A stretch of DNA of 63,055 nt, counting the filler, from Circinaria calcarea (Eukaryota): the NCBI GenBank assembly GCA_051942165.1. It is 2 parts of 2 records of this genome, joined end to end, with 100 filler letters (N's around TTAATTAATTAA, not from the genome) between each part and the next. Parts side by side here need not be neighbours in the genome. Positions count along the whole stretch, not along the records: positions 1 to 31,673 come from JAVECS010000040.1; positions 31,774 to 63,055 come from JAVECS010000041.1. The stretch is one strand, 5' to 3'. A program made the translations under genes and the position numbers. Positions 23,673 through 37,306 of this stretch are shown here, in pieces. The first letter of the stretch is position 1; every line of letters starts with the position of its first letter. The notes beneath the pieces were generated by a model. It was given only the letters and a program-made list of their open reading frames with translations, was not told the origin of the DNA and ran no database searches.

Positions 23673-26600
23673 TTAGTCCCTTCCACTTTTGCTCTTCCTC
23701 ATCCCTTGCCTCAGCTTCTTGGCTTCCCGCTTTCCGATCTCCTCGTTATACACCTGCTCTGCCGTTTCACCTTTTCTCTTTGCGCCAAGGGGTATGGCGC
23801 TCTTGACACTTACGGTTGGGACCTGGTCTTTGCGTTTAAAATGAGACTTCATGGAACGCTGGATTTGACCTTCGGCCTCGGTCCAAGAGGGCGGATCGAG
23901 GGGGACTTCATAACTGCAAGGAAATCGTACGTCAGTGAATATCCACAATGGATGGAGGCTTGTTGACTGAATAGGACAGATGTGGTAGGATAGATGGTTA
24001 ATGTGTTATTCTAGAGCTCTGTTAGCTTACCGGTCTAACGGTAGCGCATCAATCAGCGCCCTTTGTTTCTCTCTCAACTCCTTGTTTACCTCCATTCCCC
24101 CCTCCCTCAGTTCTTCTTCCAGCCCTAGCTCTAAAGGTCGAATTTTCGCTGCATTGGTCCCTGTGTTCCCATCCATATCATCCGCCCCTTTTTCACCATT
24201 CTGTTCCTGTGCGCTTACCGAAATCGGCATCCCTTCCATGATAGCTCCCTCCACTAACCCTCTAAAATGACTACTCACTTTTCTAACCACCTTGACAAAC
24301 ATCGCCAACAGTTGACTAGCGTTTACCCCTAATTCCTTCTCCACATCTTCTAGCCCCTTCCTTTGCAGACCTATCGCCAGCAATATCGCGGCCTGCACAC
24401 CGGAAAGCTTCACGGCCGGCTTAAGTTTGCCGATAAAATACAGAGAAGCAATTGTCGGAACCATATCGAGAATGACATGGTAATCTAGCATGTTGTTGGC
24501 ATAGCTGTCCAAACGCTTGAGATCGAATGGGGAGAAGAGGTCATCGAGTTCACCCTTTGTGAGGGATTGCATAGAAGACGAAGTGTCTAGCTTAGCACCT
24601 TGGTTGGCAGATTCATCAATACTGAGAGCCAGTACTGAAGGGAAATTGCGGAATTGGAAGGATAGAAGTGAGAGGAACCGCTTGTGGAAATCTTTTGCAA
24701 AAGCCCCCAACCAGGCCGTGTCGTTACTGCCAGTAGTAAGTGTGCGTAGCATTACGCAAGAATGTTCACCAGTAAGTTCATTGGGTGTCTGGCGTAGGTA
24801 GACAGGTACGAAGGAGGCGCGTTTCCAAAACTTATGTAGTGGAGCAGTAAGGCCAAAAGAAACGCCTATATATTCAAGGGGTTGGGGACGGCGCTCAGAG
24901 AGTTTAGAGAAGAGAGGTGGCATAGTCTGGATGTCACGGACTTTGATATTGTCGGAGAGCAGAGTGGAATTTTGTATATCAGCGTCCGTTACACGTGACA
25001 TGGATTCGGATTGCGAGGGTTCAGTCTCGGAGAGGTTAGCAAACTTACCATCATAAAAGTCCGTCAGCAGCGTTAAGGCTCGGCTACCGTAACTCATACT
25101 GAGATAATCGGGATTGGTAGCTATACGGATGATCCGTGCGCCGGAGAGACTGGCAAAGTCTTCGTCCTGGAACTGTTGGCTAACAAGCCAGGGAATTAAA
25201 TCTCCGCCAGCTCGCTGACCGCGGCTGAGGCTGTTGAGGACGCTTTGCTTGCTAATCTGACCCTCTAGGGCAACCTGAATAACGCAGAGGGGCTCCGGCA
25301 GGCGGAGACTATCGTCATGTACCGGTGGGACAAGGACAAAGAGTTGATGAGCAGGGGCATCACTCATAAGCTGAAGGTCGTTGGGCGAGTTCTTGTAGTG
25401 GCTTGCCACATAAAGCGCCATCATCTGCTGGAGAAATTTCTCTGAAACAGGATGGAAGGAGAACAAAGTATCTCTGTTGACGTGGAGTAGCTGACATTCT
25501 GAAGGATGGGGGCATCCCTGCGTGTTTGTTTTCGAACGTGGTAGTGTAGTATCAAGGCAAAGAACTTTGTTCAACCACTTCTCGACTGCATCCCCTTGAG
25601 CATAACGGATAGACTCCGATAAGGTAATTTCCCGTAATCCCCTTCCACCTGCATAGGGCTGATCGACATTCGTTGCAATTTTGCCGCTAGAACGATCAGC
25701 TATATTGCCATCTCCGCTCGCGTGCGCTTTGCTACCGCCTCGGGACTGTTCCCGTAGCTGCTGAATCAGCTTCAGTGAGAGTGATCGTCCTGTGCCCTCA
25801 TAGCCATTGATAGTGGACGCCATGAAAACTAGATACGGGCCCATCAGTTTTCTCACTAAAGGTAAAGGGATCGCCGCTGCTTCGTCAATAACAACAAGTT
25901 CTGCTTGGCCGAGGGTGTATGCGTCTTGGGGTTGGATGTACTGAATAGTCTGGCGATGCTGACGGTGAACATTGACCCGCACAATAGCCTTGTTGAAATC
26001 AGGGTTCGTAGATTGAATGATGGTGTAATCATGATGATCCAGGTAATTGAGAGAGTCAAACCCTTTGAAAACGAATTCAAAGAGTGTCTTGAGATTCTCT
26101 GGGCTAGGAGAGGTAATGAAGATATTGCTATAGCCATGTGCGATAGCAGCTGCAATCGCAATACCCAATGCCGCAGACTTCCCTCTCCCTCTAGCGGCTG
26201 TAAGCGTAACTGTGCTCCTCAAAGTCTTCTCTGCAATTGCATCCACAAAAGTCAAGAGCGCCTTCGCCTGATCAACCGTCTTAGCAAGCGTTACTAGGGA
26301 GCCAACTGGCTGTGTGTCTATTAGACTTTCTTTAATACGGTCCAGCTCTCTTTTCGCCAGAGAAGTTCCTTCGCTTTCTGTGTCTGGCGGTGGTAATGGC
26401 TTGAGGTTCTTGCCCCCCGAAATAGGCAGAACATTAAGCTCATCATCTACCACTAAGCAAGACTCACAACTGCCTAGGGACAGTATAAATCGTTCATTAA
26501 AGCGAGCAGTGACGTCGTCATGGGCTTCAGTCCGATATCTCGAGTGAATATCCATGGATAGCGTGTACAGCTGCTTCAAACTATTCATTCCTTTGAGTAG

Positions 26601-27231
26601 AATTAGAACCATCCCTCCTCCTTCGACTGTCTCAATGGTCCTGGCAAGGATATTGGGCGTAATTGCCTCAAAGTCCTGCAGTATACACATGCCAAAAGTA
26701 TTCCCTAAGATCTTGTCTGTTTCTTTGTAGTATATATAGCGGATATTATGCAACGTCACGAACAATTCAAAAGGATCTTCTGTATTCGGCTCCCGCTTGC
26801 CTTGCTTTATCTCATTTTTTATTTTATTCTCTCGTTTCTTCCGATGACTGCAAGGCTCTACCTGTCAATCCAGTCCAGCTTATCTCAACGAGGGAGGCCT
26901 CACCTAGTAAACCCCAGAAGATCTTTTTTGTATGCCCATAGTACCGATTTATTCTGTTTTATATCGACGCTTGACATGATGTAGTGCAGGTTGACGATGA
27001 CATCCTTGGCTCGATCACCGACCACCACGATAAAGCTTCGTTTCTTCTCCTGGTTGATTGTGTTAGAAAGTGCTAGCTAGCAGAGATGCGCAGCTTCCAC
27101 ATATCCGCACCTGCACTCCATTGCGGATCAGAGCCGGTATTCTCGAGTCCCTTCATGACGTTAGACCTGGGATTCTATACTCTCTAAATACCGGAGCCTC
27201 AAGAATCAGCATACACAGCTTTTCGAGGCAT
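23673..27231 (-). CDS. KRE33: RNA cytidine acetyltransferase (18S rRNA/tRNA ac4C)
   Basis: N-terminus MPRKA|..DSRIPALIRNG; LQDFEAITPNILARTIETVEGGG; Walker A TAARGRGKSAALG; DEAAAIP; STINGYEGTGRSL; SHYKNSPNDLQ; basic C-terminal tail. This is the NAT10/Kre33 ortholog. Confidence 0.96.
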
Positions 27232-27707
27232 GACGCCTTCCCCGACCTCTCCTCCCTCCTCCGCTAAGTGCCCCGCGGACTTAACACAAGTGTATTATAT
27301 GCCCAATCTCAGCGACTTGTGACCTGAAACATGGCCGTCATGCACAAGAGGTTAAGAAAGCTAGTGTTTCTGAGCTGCGTCTTCCGATGAGAATTTCCTG
27401 CAGTGAACTGAAGAATCTTTTGCTCTCGTCTTAAACTCCAGGCATTCGCTTTTGTGTATGGCAACACCGCCCCCCGAGAAAAATAAGAGCACATCCACGT
27501 CTGAGAGTGATAGTATCTGAAGTACAGCCTTTGAGAGACAAGGCACTTTGGGTATTGATATCTTGGCTTTCGTATGTAACTATTTTCATCGCCAAGAACT
27601 TCCTTCCGTGGCGGATGAAATGGCTGGCCGGACTTCTCGCTTATGATAAGGAGTTAAATATAAGCGCTATCTACTCCGTATACTAAGCGCTAGTAAGCGC
27701 TTACCTA

Positions 27708-27933
27708 CTGTGGTCGCATGGGAAACAAACCATAGCTCGGCACTAGTAGATCAATGCCTGGTTCAATTATACCCCGGAAAAGCTTTATTATTTACTTCTA
27801 GATTTCGTATGCATACCATTTGAGTCGATCAGAATAAGAAATGTAGTTAAAATAGCTGAAAAGTTTTATAGTCTGAGCAGGGATTCTAGTGATTTTAGCG
27901 CCAAGCTATGGTTTGTTTTCCAAGCGACCACAG
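27708..27933. mobile_element. Tc1/mariner-type MITE (226 bp) with TA target-site duplication
   Basis: TA|CTGTGGTCGCATGGGAAACAAACCATAGCTCGGCACTA ... TAGCGCCAAGCTATGGTTTGTTTTCCAAGCGACCACAG|TA. The TIRs are about 38 bp and near-perfect, the interior is AT-rich and non-coding, and TA flanks both ends. Confidence 0.75.
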
Positions 27934-28093
27934 TAGATTTCATGGCTAAACGCGCATGGCGGGAAGGGGAGCATAGCTGTTTGCTTTGCTTGCGACCCAG
28001 GTTCCCTCCACCCTATCCTGTCACGTCATAGAGGTCTAACATTCATATCTACAACTTTCGCGGAGCCTACTTGTAGATTACAGGCTCAATGTC

Positions 28094-31000
28094 ATGGACA
28101 AAGCAAAACTGGCGACACTGGGGTAAGAGTACGAATTGGAGCTTCAGTACCATGGCTACGGCTGATGATATCATAGAGCCTTTGTTGTCGCCACGACGGT
28201 TGTCTCCCTAACATACAATACCTCGTTCGCCGTTGGTAGGATCCTAATCCACGGGCGGGTTTGGTCATTTCTCTGACGACCCGTTATGCAGATCGACCTA
28301 TCCAATCCTCTGTACTAGGTTTTCTCAGTACAGGGCTTTTGTTGGTAATACCTGGATTCTTCTTTCCTAGGGTTATTGGGTTCTACGAACGGAGACCTGG
28401 ATATGCTACTATACCACTGAAAGATCTTCGAGAGCCTTCGGGTTCCAGAGAGTCATGCCCAATCTTCACCCCCGAGCCCAATAAGTTCAACCTCAAGGCC
28501 AATATCTTGGTACTCCTCATCACAGTGATCATAGTTTGCTTACGCGTGGAGGTATTTCGGATGATACTAAAAGATAGGCAATGCACGGTCCCAGGAGTCG
28601 AGGTATGTACTCGCGAAGAACACACTCGATTATCTGCTTAAGATGTTCCATAGGGTCTCATCCCTTTCACCCTATCGATCTATAATTATTGGCGTGATCG
28701 ATCAGATAGAGAGCAGGATGATAATCTACATGGCCCTGGGAATGCCTCGAGAACTTCGAAGAATTATCTCCTCCATTGTCTAAAGTATGTTGGTCCGCCA
28801 GGTCTAATGTCCGCTGCAAACGTTCTTGCTTCTGTTGTGAGCTCCAGCGCAAGGTCAACATACATCTGTCCTGTTGCCACAGGTGCCAGCAAAGCTATAC
28901 CATGTCTGCAGTGGCTAGGACTAATGCTTGATTGCTTCGTTTTCATTTCAATTGAAAACTTGACAAAGATGTGCGATATTAATTCGACGCTGAAAGGAGC
29001 ACCGGCTATAGTCATCTCGGGTTCAATGTTCTTGGTACGTTGCCATATACTTACTTTAGCTGGGTGCTGTGTACTGACCGATGATAGCTTGCGTCGGTAG
29101 TGCTATCAGTTGCCGGAGCGATCGTACTTTTCCAAAAGCCTGAGTACCGAGCTTGGACCTCTGACATTGGTAGCTCTTATTTTCAAAGTCTTGCCTGGCT
29201 AACACTAATTTCCACGGTCATCATAATTTCATCAATCCGCCTAGTACGTTTTCTCCTTACTAACTGAGGACTTGTGGCTTTGCTAATGGTTATTAGTTAT
29301 CAAACATCAGTTCTCTGGCATTGGCGATGATTGTTTCTCTTATGTACATCTCTATTACTAGCTTCAAATCTTTGGAAGCTGCTGCCGATTCATTCCCACC
29401 TACTCTTGGGCTTCCGAGGACGGTTTCTTTAATACTATTGCTCTTTAGTTTTTGGTTATACGTCTTGGTAAATGCAAACATAGGCAACCAGAGGTCTCAG
29501 GTAGCCCAACGTCCTATGATCCGTTCTCGGTTGGCCTTGTATGCACTTTTAACAACGACATCTATACTGGTCATTTTCGCGACGAATTTGAGCGACAACA
29601 TCGACATGCATCCTATAGATATGCTCATTAAAGCGGCCACCGGATATCATGATGACTGGCTTGCCCAAGCTACTACAAGCCAGACACTTGGACAGGCTGT
29701 GCAAGAATATCGCCGTCGATATGCCGGGCGCCCACCACCCGGCTTTGATGAATGGTATAAATATGCTACGGCAAGGAACTCTGTTATTATCGACGATTAC
29801 GATAGTATCCACAATGACCTTCTCCCTTTCTGGGCTTTTGGCCCTCAAGCTATCCGAGAACGCACACGAGACATACTCTCAGATCCGTGGAATGAGGTTG
29901 CTGAAGTCAGTATTCGGTCGGGGATAGCCGAAATCGGACCTAGCGTGTTACCCACCCATCGGTGGATGGTAGAGGGAGCAATCGCAATGCTCCAGGGTTT
30001 TGTGGAATGGTTACCAGACATGGACCTAGCATTTAACATAAATGATGAATCAAGGGTCGCAATCTCGTACGATGTGCTAGAGAGTTATCGAAGCATAGGT
30101 ATGAAAGCTGGGAGTCTTGACGTTGCTAAGCACACACGGTGGAGTAACGACAGAGCACAGTCATGGCCATCCAAAGATGAAGCACCGCCTTCGCAAAGCC
30201 GATTTAAAGACTTTTCTTTCACCAATACCTTTTACAGCCATGGCTCTATTGCTTGTCCGCCTAACTCGCCTGCTCGCCGAGATCACGTATGGGATCCTCG
30301 TCCTCTTTTTAACGCGTATCTCACACCCCATTCCGTTGGTTCATTTGTGAGCAACTGGACTTTAGCAGCTTCTCCGTGCCATCAACCAGACCTTGCCAAC
30401 CTTCACGGATTCTACCTATCTCCTGCCTCTTTCAAAACGGCCACCGACCTCCTCCCCGTATTCTCTCAAAGCAAAGCCCATGGCTATACGGATATCCTTT
30501 ACCCCTCTCCTTGGAACTATATGGAAAAAGTGAAATATGATCCTTTATCCAAGGATCCTTCTCCAAAAGATCTCGATCCACCTTTCTCCCAAAAGAAGAA
30601 CATCCTATTCTGGCGGGGAGCTACCTCCGAAGGCTTGTCGGACTACGGAACATGGAAAGGAATGACGCGCCAACGGCTCGTCCATCTAGCTAACAACGCT
30701 ACGCTCTCCGTCCCTGTCCTTCTTCCTCATAAATCGAAGTATGGGAATTTCCGATATCAATACCTTTCCCCGGCTGCTCTTTCCTCTCACCCTCATCTCT
30801 CAAATCTGACCCTCGATATCTCCATTGTCGATGGTATTGCCCGCTGCCGTGGTCCAGACTGTCTTGATCAAGAGTCCGAGTTCTCCTTCGCTTCTCCCGT
30901 CGAATTTCAGTCTCACTGGCAAAATCGCTACCTCATGGACGTTGATGGCGCTGGCTTCAGTGGACGCTTCCTTCCCTTTCTGCAAAGTAGGAGCTTGCCA

Positions 31001-31300
31001 TTCAAGGCTGCGCTGTTTCGGGAGTGGTACGACAGCCGTATAACCGCCTGGAAGCATTTTGTGCCAATTGATATAAGATTGCACGGTTTGTGGAGTACGC
31101 TAGGCTACTTTGGTGGCGGGTGGGGGGATGGCAGCGAGGACAAAGGATTGAGGGAAGCGGAGAAGATTGCCGAGGCGGGACGGGACTGGGCGGGTAAGAT
31201 GTTAAGAAAGGAAGACATGGAGATTTATTTTTTTCGGCTGTTGCTCGAGTGGGGACGGTTGACAGATGACAGGAGGGATGAGATTGGGTTTGAGCTGTAA
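28094..31300 (+). CDS. Glycosyltransferase family 90 (CAP10/capsule-associated protein-like), membrane-anchored
   Basis: Multi-exon N-terminal TM region, then HPIDMLI, EYRRRYAGRPPPGFDEWY, LPDMDLAFNINDE, FWRGATS, and YLMDVDGAGFSGRFLPFL...REWYDSRI...FVP. The start position is approximate. Confidence 0.88.
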
Positions 31301-31673
31301 GCAATGGGTTTTTGAACCGTACATATGGGTTTTTGAGATTGGATTACTACACCGGCCGGCTTGTTTCCAAATAGTGTGTGTGTGTGTTTGGATTATTGGA
31401 AAAATCCTCGACGAACATGGCCTAATTCTCCCGAACTTTTTTGTATCTATCTTTATCTTTATCCTTTTTCGGTTCCGTTGACAAGGGTTTACTTTTATAT
31501 TTTATATATCCCTGTAAGGCCCGGGGGGGCTTCCCTTCCTTCCTAGAGTTCTTCCATGCACATGGCATCTCGTGGCATGGCATGGCATGTTTTTGTTTTT
31601 TTGCTACCGAAACCGAATCCGAATCCGAAATAATCTTGCCCCCCGAGGAAAGGAGGGGGGAAAGGAAGGGAGG

Positions 31674-31773
31674 NNNNNNNNNNNNNNNNNNNNNNNNNNN
31701 NNNNNNNNNNNNNNNNNTTAATTAATTAANNNNNNNNNNNNNNNNNNNNNNNNNNNNNNNNNNNNNNNNNNNN
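31674..31773. other. Artificial contig-joining spacer (44 N + TTAATTAATTAA + 44 N)
   Basis: Exactly 100 nt and symmetric. The 12-mer at 31718-31729 gives stop codons in all six frames, a design used in pseudomolecule linkers. Confidence 0.92.
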
Positions 31774-32341
31774 TTGAGGAATATGATAAGTCCCGATTGG
31801 TGATAGCACGGTTACATAGGGTGTAGTTGAACTGTTGCCCTAGGCTCAATATGAAAGGAGTATATTGAACTCGTTATGGTTCTATAAGCATGCTATTCTA
31901 AAGAGCGGAAATAGCCTGCTATATATAAGGTACTTGCTCACTCTGCTCTCGCTGCTCACTATCACTGAGCACGCTGAGCATACTGAGCACAGTCCTCCTT
32001 GCTCACCCTGCTTACCTTGCTCATTCCCCATGAGCATCATGAACACACTGAGCAACCGGTCAGGGGTTCCTCCGTTCCGGAGCTAGTCCTTCAGTAGTAT
32101 GGCACGCATGCCATAACACAGCCGTGTATACTAATTGAAAACGTAGTGCCCTCCCTGTGATGCTCCTCCTTTCTGCTCCACGTGAAAAATAGTACACTAC
32201 GCTGAATATAGCAAAACTTTTCTTTATTCGAGTAAGAAACTAGGTCCGCTTGAGCGAAAGACTAAGCCCTTTTAGGCTGATTTTGCTGTCTGTTTTGGTT
32301 CGGAAATATCTTCCTCCTTCGTTTCCGGGCAGGGGCCTGTA

Positions 32342-33554
32342 TCACTCTGTCATCATCGGTTCATCTACTCCCCTCTCACGCTTTAACAGCTCTCGAACAG
32401 GTCCCCAGCTTTTCTCTCTCGCCAATCTCAAACTCTCCGCATCGCCAGTTCTTCTTCTCTCCTCAAACGGGACGATGGCTTTGCCCTTCTTGTCCACCTT
32501 CAGCACCGTGCCACCAGGATAGGCCTTGTCTTGGATCATCTCCATCATCACGGATGCGACTTCCTCAGGCCCGATAGCGACCTCATCCGAGTAGGAGAAC
32601 TGTGCAGCAACCGAGGGGCAAGCGGTCCAGAGGGGACTGTTCACCATGCTGTTGAGGAAAACACGTATCAGCCTCATTCTCCAGAGCTACAATCGGCCGA
32701 TAGGGGGGAGTCATGCCTCCCCGTCCCCACCAGACGGGAGCAGATCAAGTGGGACCATTCACCCGGGACATATCGCCACGACCTTCACACTCTCATCTAC
32801 ATCCGCGTTTCCCATGCTCCTTACAAAACCCACCACCCCATGTTTGCCCGCGCAGTAGAGTGCTGCTGCATAATTCGCAGACATGCTCGCTGTCGAGGCC
32901 ACGACGAGTACGACTCCGGGCTTGTTCCTCCCAAGAAGGGCACGAACGGCGATGCGAGTCAACTTCATTGGGTGGATGAGGTTGACGGAGACGCTTGCAT
33001 AATCGTCGGTTTCGGTGTCCGCCCAGAAATGGGACCATTCCTACGCCTTTCAGCATTGGCTTGGGAAACCGAAAAGGCCACTTTGCACGGCATGAAGTAT
33101 CGAATACGAGAAACTTCCGAAGACATTCTCCCGGGGTTTGATATATAGGAGTCATAGAAACAGGGAAGAGGGGACCAACCGGCTCGAAAACTCCCGCGCC
33201 GGCAACATACGCGTCCGGCACATCATGGAATTTCTCCTCCGAGAGGGAAACCAGTGCCTCCAGGTCTTTCCTCTGCGTGACATCTGTTCTGGCAAAGACA
33301 AGGGATTCAGACGTAAGCCTCTGGAAGAAGTGCTCGGCTTCGGCGGTCAGACGGAGATCAGCAACGATGACTCGCGCTCGAGCTGCTATTGCTTGCTGGA
33401 CGAACGCGAAGTTGATGCCTGGGAGGAAGTTAGTAGGGGAAACACCCAAGGTTCCGATGCCTGAATGCTCGAGTCTGTGATGGTCAAACCGACCTGATCC
33501 TCCTCCAGTGACTACGACTATCTTCCCTGCCAAAAGGAAATTTCCAACAACCAT
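32342..33554 (-). CDS. Short-chain dehydrogenase/reductase (15-hydroxyprostaglandin dehydrogenase-like)
   Basis: Multi-exon gene with VVVTGGGSG|INFAF, AGAGVFEP, the YCAGK catalytic motif, and VAICPG|MVNSPLW. Confidence 0.85.
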
Positions 33555-33989
33555 AACAGGCGTCTGTCTAGGCTTGAGGGGCGGGAGGATAAACTACAGG
33601 TATGAGGAAGAGATGACAGCTGCTTATGCTTACAAGGGAAGCGGGGTGTAACGTTCTGGGATGAGAGATAGTTAGGGAGGCTCATCGATCTTGAAAGAGA
33701 ACCTTTCTAGTGCATTAATGCTCTGAGGTCACTTCAATACTTAATTTAAAAGAGCTACTTAAGCACTTGCTCGGTGTTGGTATCCAATACTATCCTATCC
33801 TATCAATACAAATATGCCGCTACTATAATCAATTACTCATACACCCGCCAACGCTCCCATAATCCCTCACAGCCCTCGGCGCCCTGCTTTCTCGTGGGAT
33901 CCTTTCTCATCTACAAAAACAACCTTCTATACTTTCGTACCAATGCGAGTTCCCAAAGTCTATCCAATCTCCCGCTTGATAACCACAAT

Positions 33990-35930
33990 CTAGTCTTTAG
34001 ACCCAGCAGCGTACGGACTTTTCGCTCTCAGCATCGCACCATACTTCCAGAGAAAAAATGGCGCAGGCACACCCAGTAGCAGGCCGCAAAGCGCCAACAG
34101 GCTGTTTCCCCAACCGTAACCTAACTTCGTGTATAAGTCGGGCGCGAATAACGGAAACGCGAACGCCAAGATACTTCTTAGCAACGCCGCTGCTGCAATA
34201 GCGCTGGCTGCGTACATTGTATACGCATCTACGATATATGTCTGAATACACTGGAAGCCGATGATACCACCGCAGGAATAGATTATTATACCAATATTAG
34301 GCATAATCCACTGGAGATGTTTTTCCGCACTCCAGCCATACCAAATAAGGCCGATTGGCACGAGAAAGGAGCCCGGAACCATAAGGGGGAAGCGGAATTC
34401 CGGGCGGCCTATGCCGCCATTGCGCTTCTTGAGGCGCTTGTAGATACGGTCATTGACAAGAGCCGAGATTTGCGCACCAAGGATGGGCCCTAAGCCAAGG
34501 GAGATGTAATTCAGACCAGCAATTCCAATAGATTCGTTATATCGGGTCGTCCACAATGTTGGGAAGGTGGAAAGAACAAGGTCTAAAAAGGGCTTAGCAG
34601 GGGTATGAGGTAGAAGTTCAAAGAGAGAGCGGCTAACAGAATAGACCATAGAGATAAGCCATGTAAACGGCGAGGACTTGAACGATTGGTTGCGTGCCGA
34701 TGAGAATAAATGGTCTAACAAGGCCGCGTTTCATGGTATCGGCAAAGCTTTGGTCTGGCCTATTATACTCAGTCACCAGTTTATCGTTACCTGTTTCTTT
34801 CCGTAGTTTTGCAACTTTTCTCCCAAGAAGCTTGGGCGGATACGTTTCTTGGAGAAAGTACAAAGCCATAAGTTGAATGAAACCATCTGCAACAGACGGC
34901 GCCCAAAACGTCCATCGCCATGACGTATTTTCGGTGATAAATCCACCGGCTATGGGGCCAACGGCTAACCTTTGTCAGGCCGTATATCTTAAAATGCATA
35001 TTGGGAGTTCTGAGCGGAACTCACCTGGACCAAGAAGCGGCCCTAACGAATAGATGGAGATTGCAGCGGCTAGGAAAATCAGTATCCACGTGCCGAAAGC
35101 AGTTGATTGTCACCAACCTCGCTCTTCAGTGCGCCAGATATCACTAAGCACTCCCCCTCCGATCTATAGCCTGTCAGGGGGTATATTCCGGCGCTGGTAC
35201 TAGTGACAGGACTCACCGCCAAAGGCGCACTCCCACCAAGTCCAGAAAGGAAACGAAAAGCCAGCATTTGCCCCTTATTTTTCGAGAACCCCGCAGCCGT
35301 GTTGAAGACGAGGTAAAACAGATTGGCCAGCTGCAAAACGATATTTCGGCCGTAGATTTCCGAGAGAGGCCCCAAGAAAAGAGGTCCCACCGCATAGGCA
35401 AGGACGAAGACACTGAATACCAGTTGTTGCTCGACTGGTTCCGTGATGTTGAATTCTTTGGAGATGACGTCGATCGCTGGAGCTACTATCGCAGAGGATA
35501 CTGGAGAGATGAAGGTAAAAGAGGCTACGGCCTTTGCAAGCTCCATTAGTCTTGGCTTGCTGTTTGGTGTTATTGTGATCAGGGTGGTACTCACAAACGT
35601 GGCCGCCCATTTATGTGATTTCGTCCAGTTCTTTCACCCCGGATCCAGTCAGCCAACGGAAAGGGCCAAAGCCAGTTTTAGATGGGTGGTCACCTTTGGA
35701 TTCTGAGGGTCGTCTGGTCCATCCCAGGTGATGATGTTCGAGGCATCCTCTGCTTTTTTTTCGCTCTCTGGCCCTAATGATGCCCTTCCTTCTTGATTGC
35801 ATGTCACATCATCAGCTACTGCTGTTTGCTGACTGGCGGTAGCCGCAGAATCATCTGCCTTCTCGTTGACATTATCCTGGACATTCTCAGTGACAGAGAT
35901 TCCAACAGGTTGTGTGGGACTATTTATCAT
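33990..35930 (-). CDS. MFS drug:H+ antiporter (DHA1/12-TMS type)
   Basis: ITWDGPDDPQNPK, GPLFLGPLSEIYGR, FRFLSGLGGSAPL, LQETYPP, PEFRFP and YIVDAYTMYAASA motifs across several introns. Confidence 0.9.
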
Positions 35931-36659
35931 TTCGTCTCGGCTTTGCACATATCTCGAGGTGCGAGAACAGTATGAGGGAGGTAAGTGAGGAATGTTGGGT
36001 TATGTGCAAGGTGGTGGGGGGTTTCTGGTGGAAGTCTTGGTTGAAGTGCTCGAGATATGTGTTAGGATGGCGAAACAGTAACTGATTTCATAAGGAATGA
36101 CAACATAACTTACTCACGATTCCAATTTGATTCGTGTTACATAGAGCAACAACCATAAAGCCGCCCTGTTTCGGGTTCAGGCTTTGACTACTCCGTACTG
36201 GCGGTTTGATATCACGTGGTGCGCTTCTTTCCACTTGACCTGAATGGTTACGTACTTGATCTAAAGGAGATGGACAAGGCGAGTGAGAATTTGGCAGTGG
36301 AAACGCGGAGGGGGAGTGAAGGGAGGTTGGAATGAGGCTGAGGGATACCTCTACGGAGTACTGACCGAGGTTCAAGCCGGATCGTTTATTATGATCACTC
36401 ATCCCGGCGCCCTGGAAGGAGACTTTGCCTCGGCAAGATCGAGGTGGGATAATTCTCATACAACGTCCTGGTGGTAAGCCCTCGATCCTACCAACTTAGT
36501 GCTGTATAAGGTGCCCCTGGCCCTAGCGCGAGGGAAAGCTTGACTGCTCGTTCCGGCACAGCCCGTGCGTACGGAGTACAAGGGCTGTGAGGCTCCTCTA
36601 AGATTCTACGGAGTTAGGCCCGATCTCGGGACGGCGGGGGTACCTGATGTCACACTGCA

Positions 36660-36791
36660 TGGACCCTGCCTGCCACGATTCAGATCAGGCAGGGTCCAAG
36701 GCGTCCAACAAGCTTTGTAGGATCATCGTAGTTAATGCAGTACGGAGGTAACATCAAACAAGCTTTAAAGGATCATCGGACTTAATGCAGT
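36660..36791. repeat. 13-bp perfect inverted repeat followed by a 35-bp direct repeat (50-bp period) in the MFS/P450 divergent promoter
   Basis: TGGACCCTGCCTG (36660-36672) pairs with CAGGCAGGGTCCA (36686-36698). AACAAGCTTTGTAGGATCATCGTAGTTAATGCAGT (36707-36741) matches AACAAGCTTTAAAGGATCATCGGACTTAATGCAGT (36757-36791). Confidence 0.7.
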
Positions 36792-37306
36792 CACCTTAAC
36801 TGCGGGCCGCTAGCCGCCATACCCTAGTTGCCCCACGATACGCCAAGTCCCTGCCGATGGCCCTAAGAGATCTACTTCTACCGGTGCTACGAGTCATGCA
36901 GGATATTGATCTGCTTTGAATCCGCAACCGGATAAGGGATTATGGGCCGATGCACCTAACGTACCATGCCTATCTCACCGAATCTTACGCTTCAGACGGC
37001 AGAGGTCAGCAGAGGCAAGGAATCCTGAAGGATGACCTCTTCTTCTTGGGATGGACACGCGTCCGCAGTCTGAGGGCAAGGGAAGAGTTCGCATGTATGG
37101 GTATGACATCGGTAATGAACAGTGCTCTCTTTTCAGTACGGTATTGAATACCTGAATGCTTCTGCCATGCCTGATTACAGCGAAGCATACGTAGGAGCCT
37201 CTGGGAGTTGGAGCGGGTGATCAGTCATGCTGGGTAGGGTCATGGACCTCGAGTGTTCCTGACAGACAGAAGGCTCTACTCTTGCACTGTCTTCCACTAT
37301 CTCAAG

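Noticed and set aside
31545..32060. Short repeats (GGCAT, CCGAAT, TGAGCA/TGCTCA) flanking the gap
   Set aside because: This is low-complexity contig-end sequence with no repeat-spacer structure, so it is not CRISPR-like.
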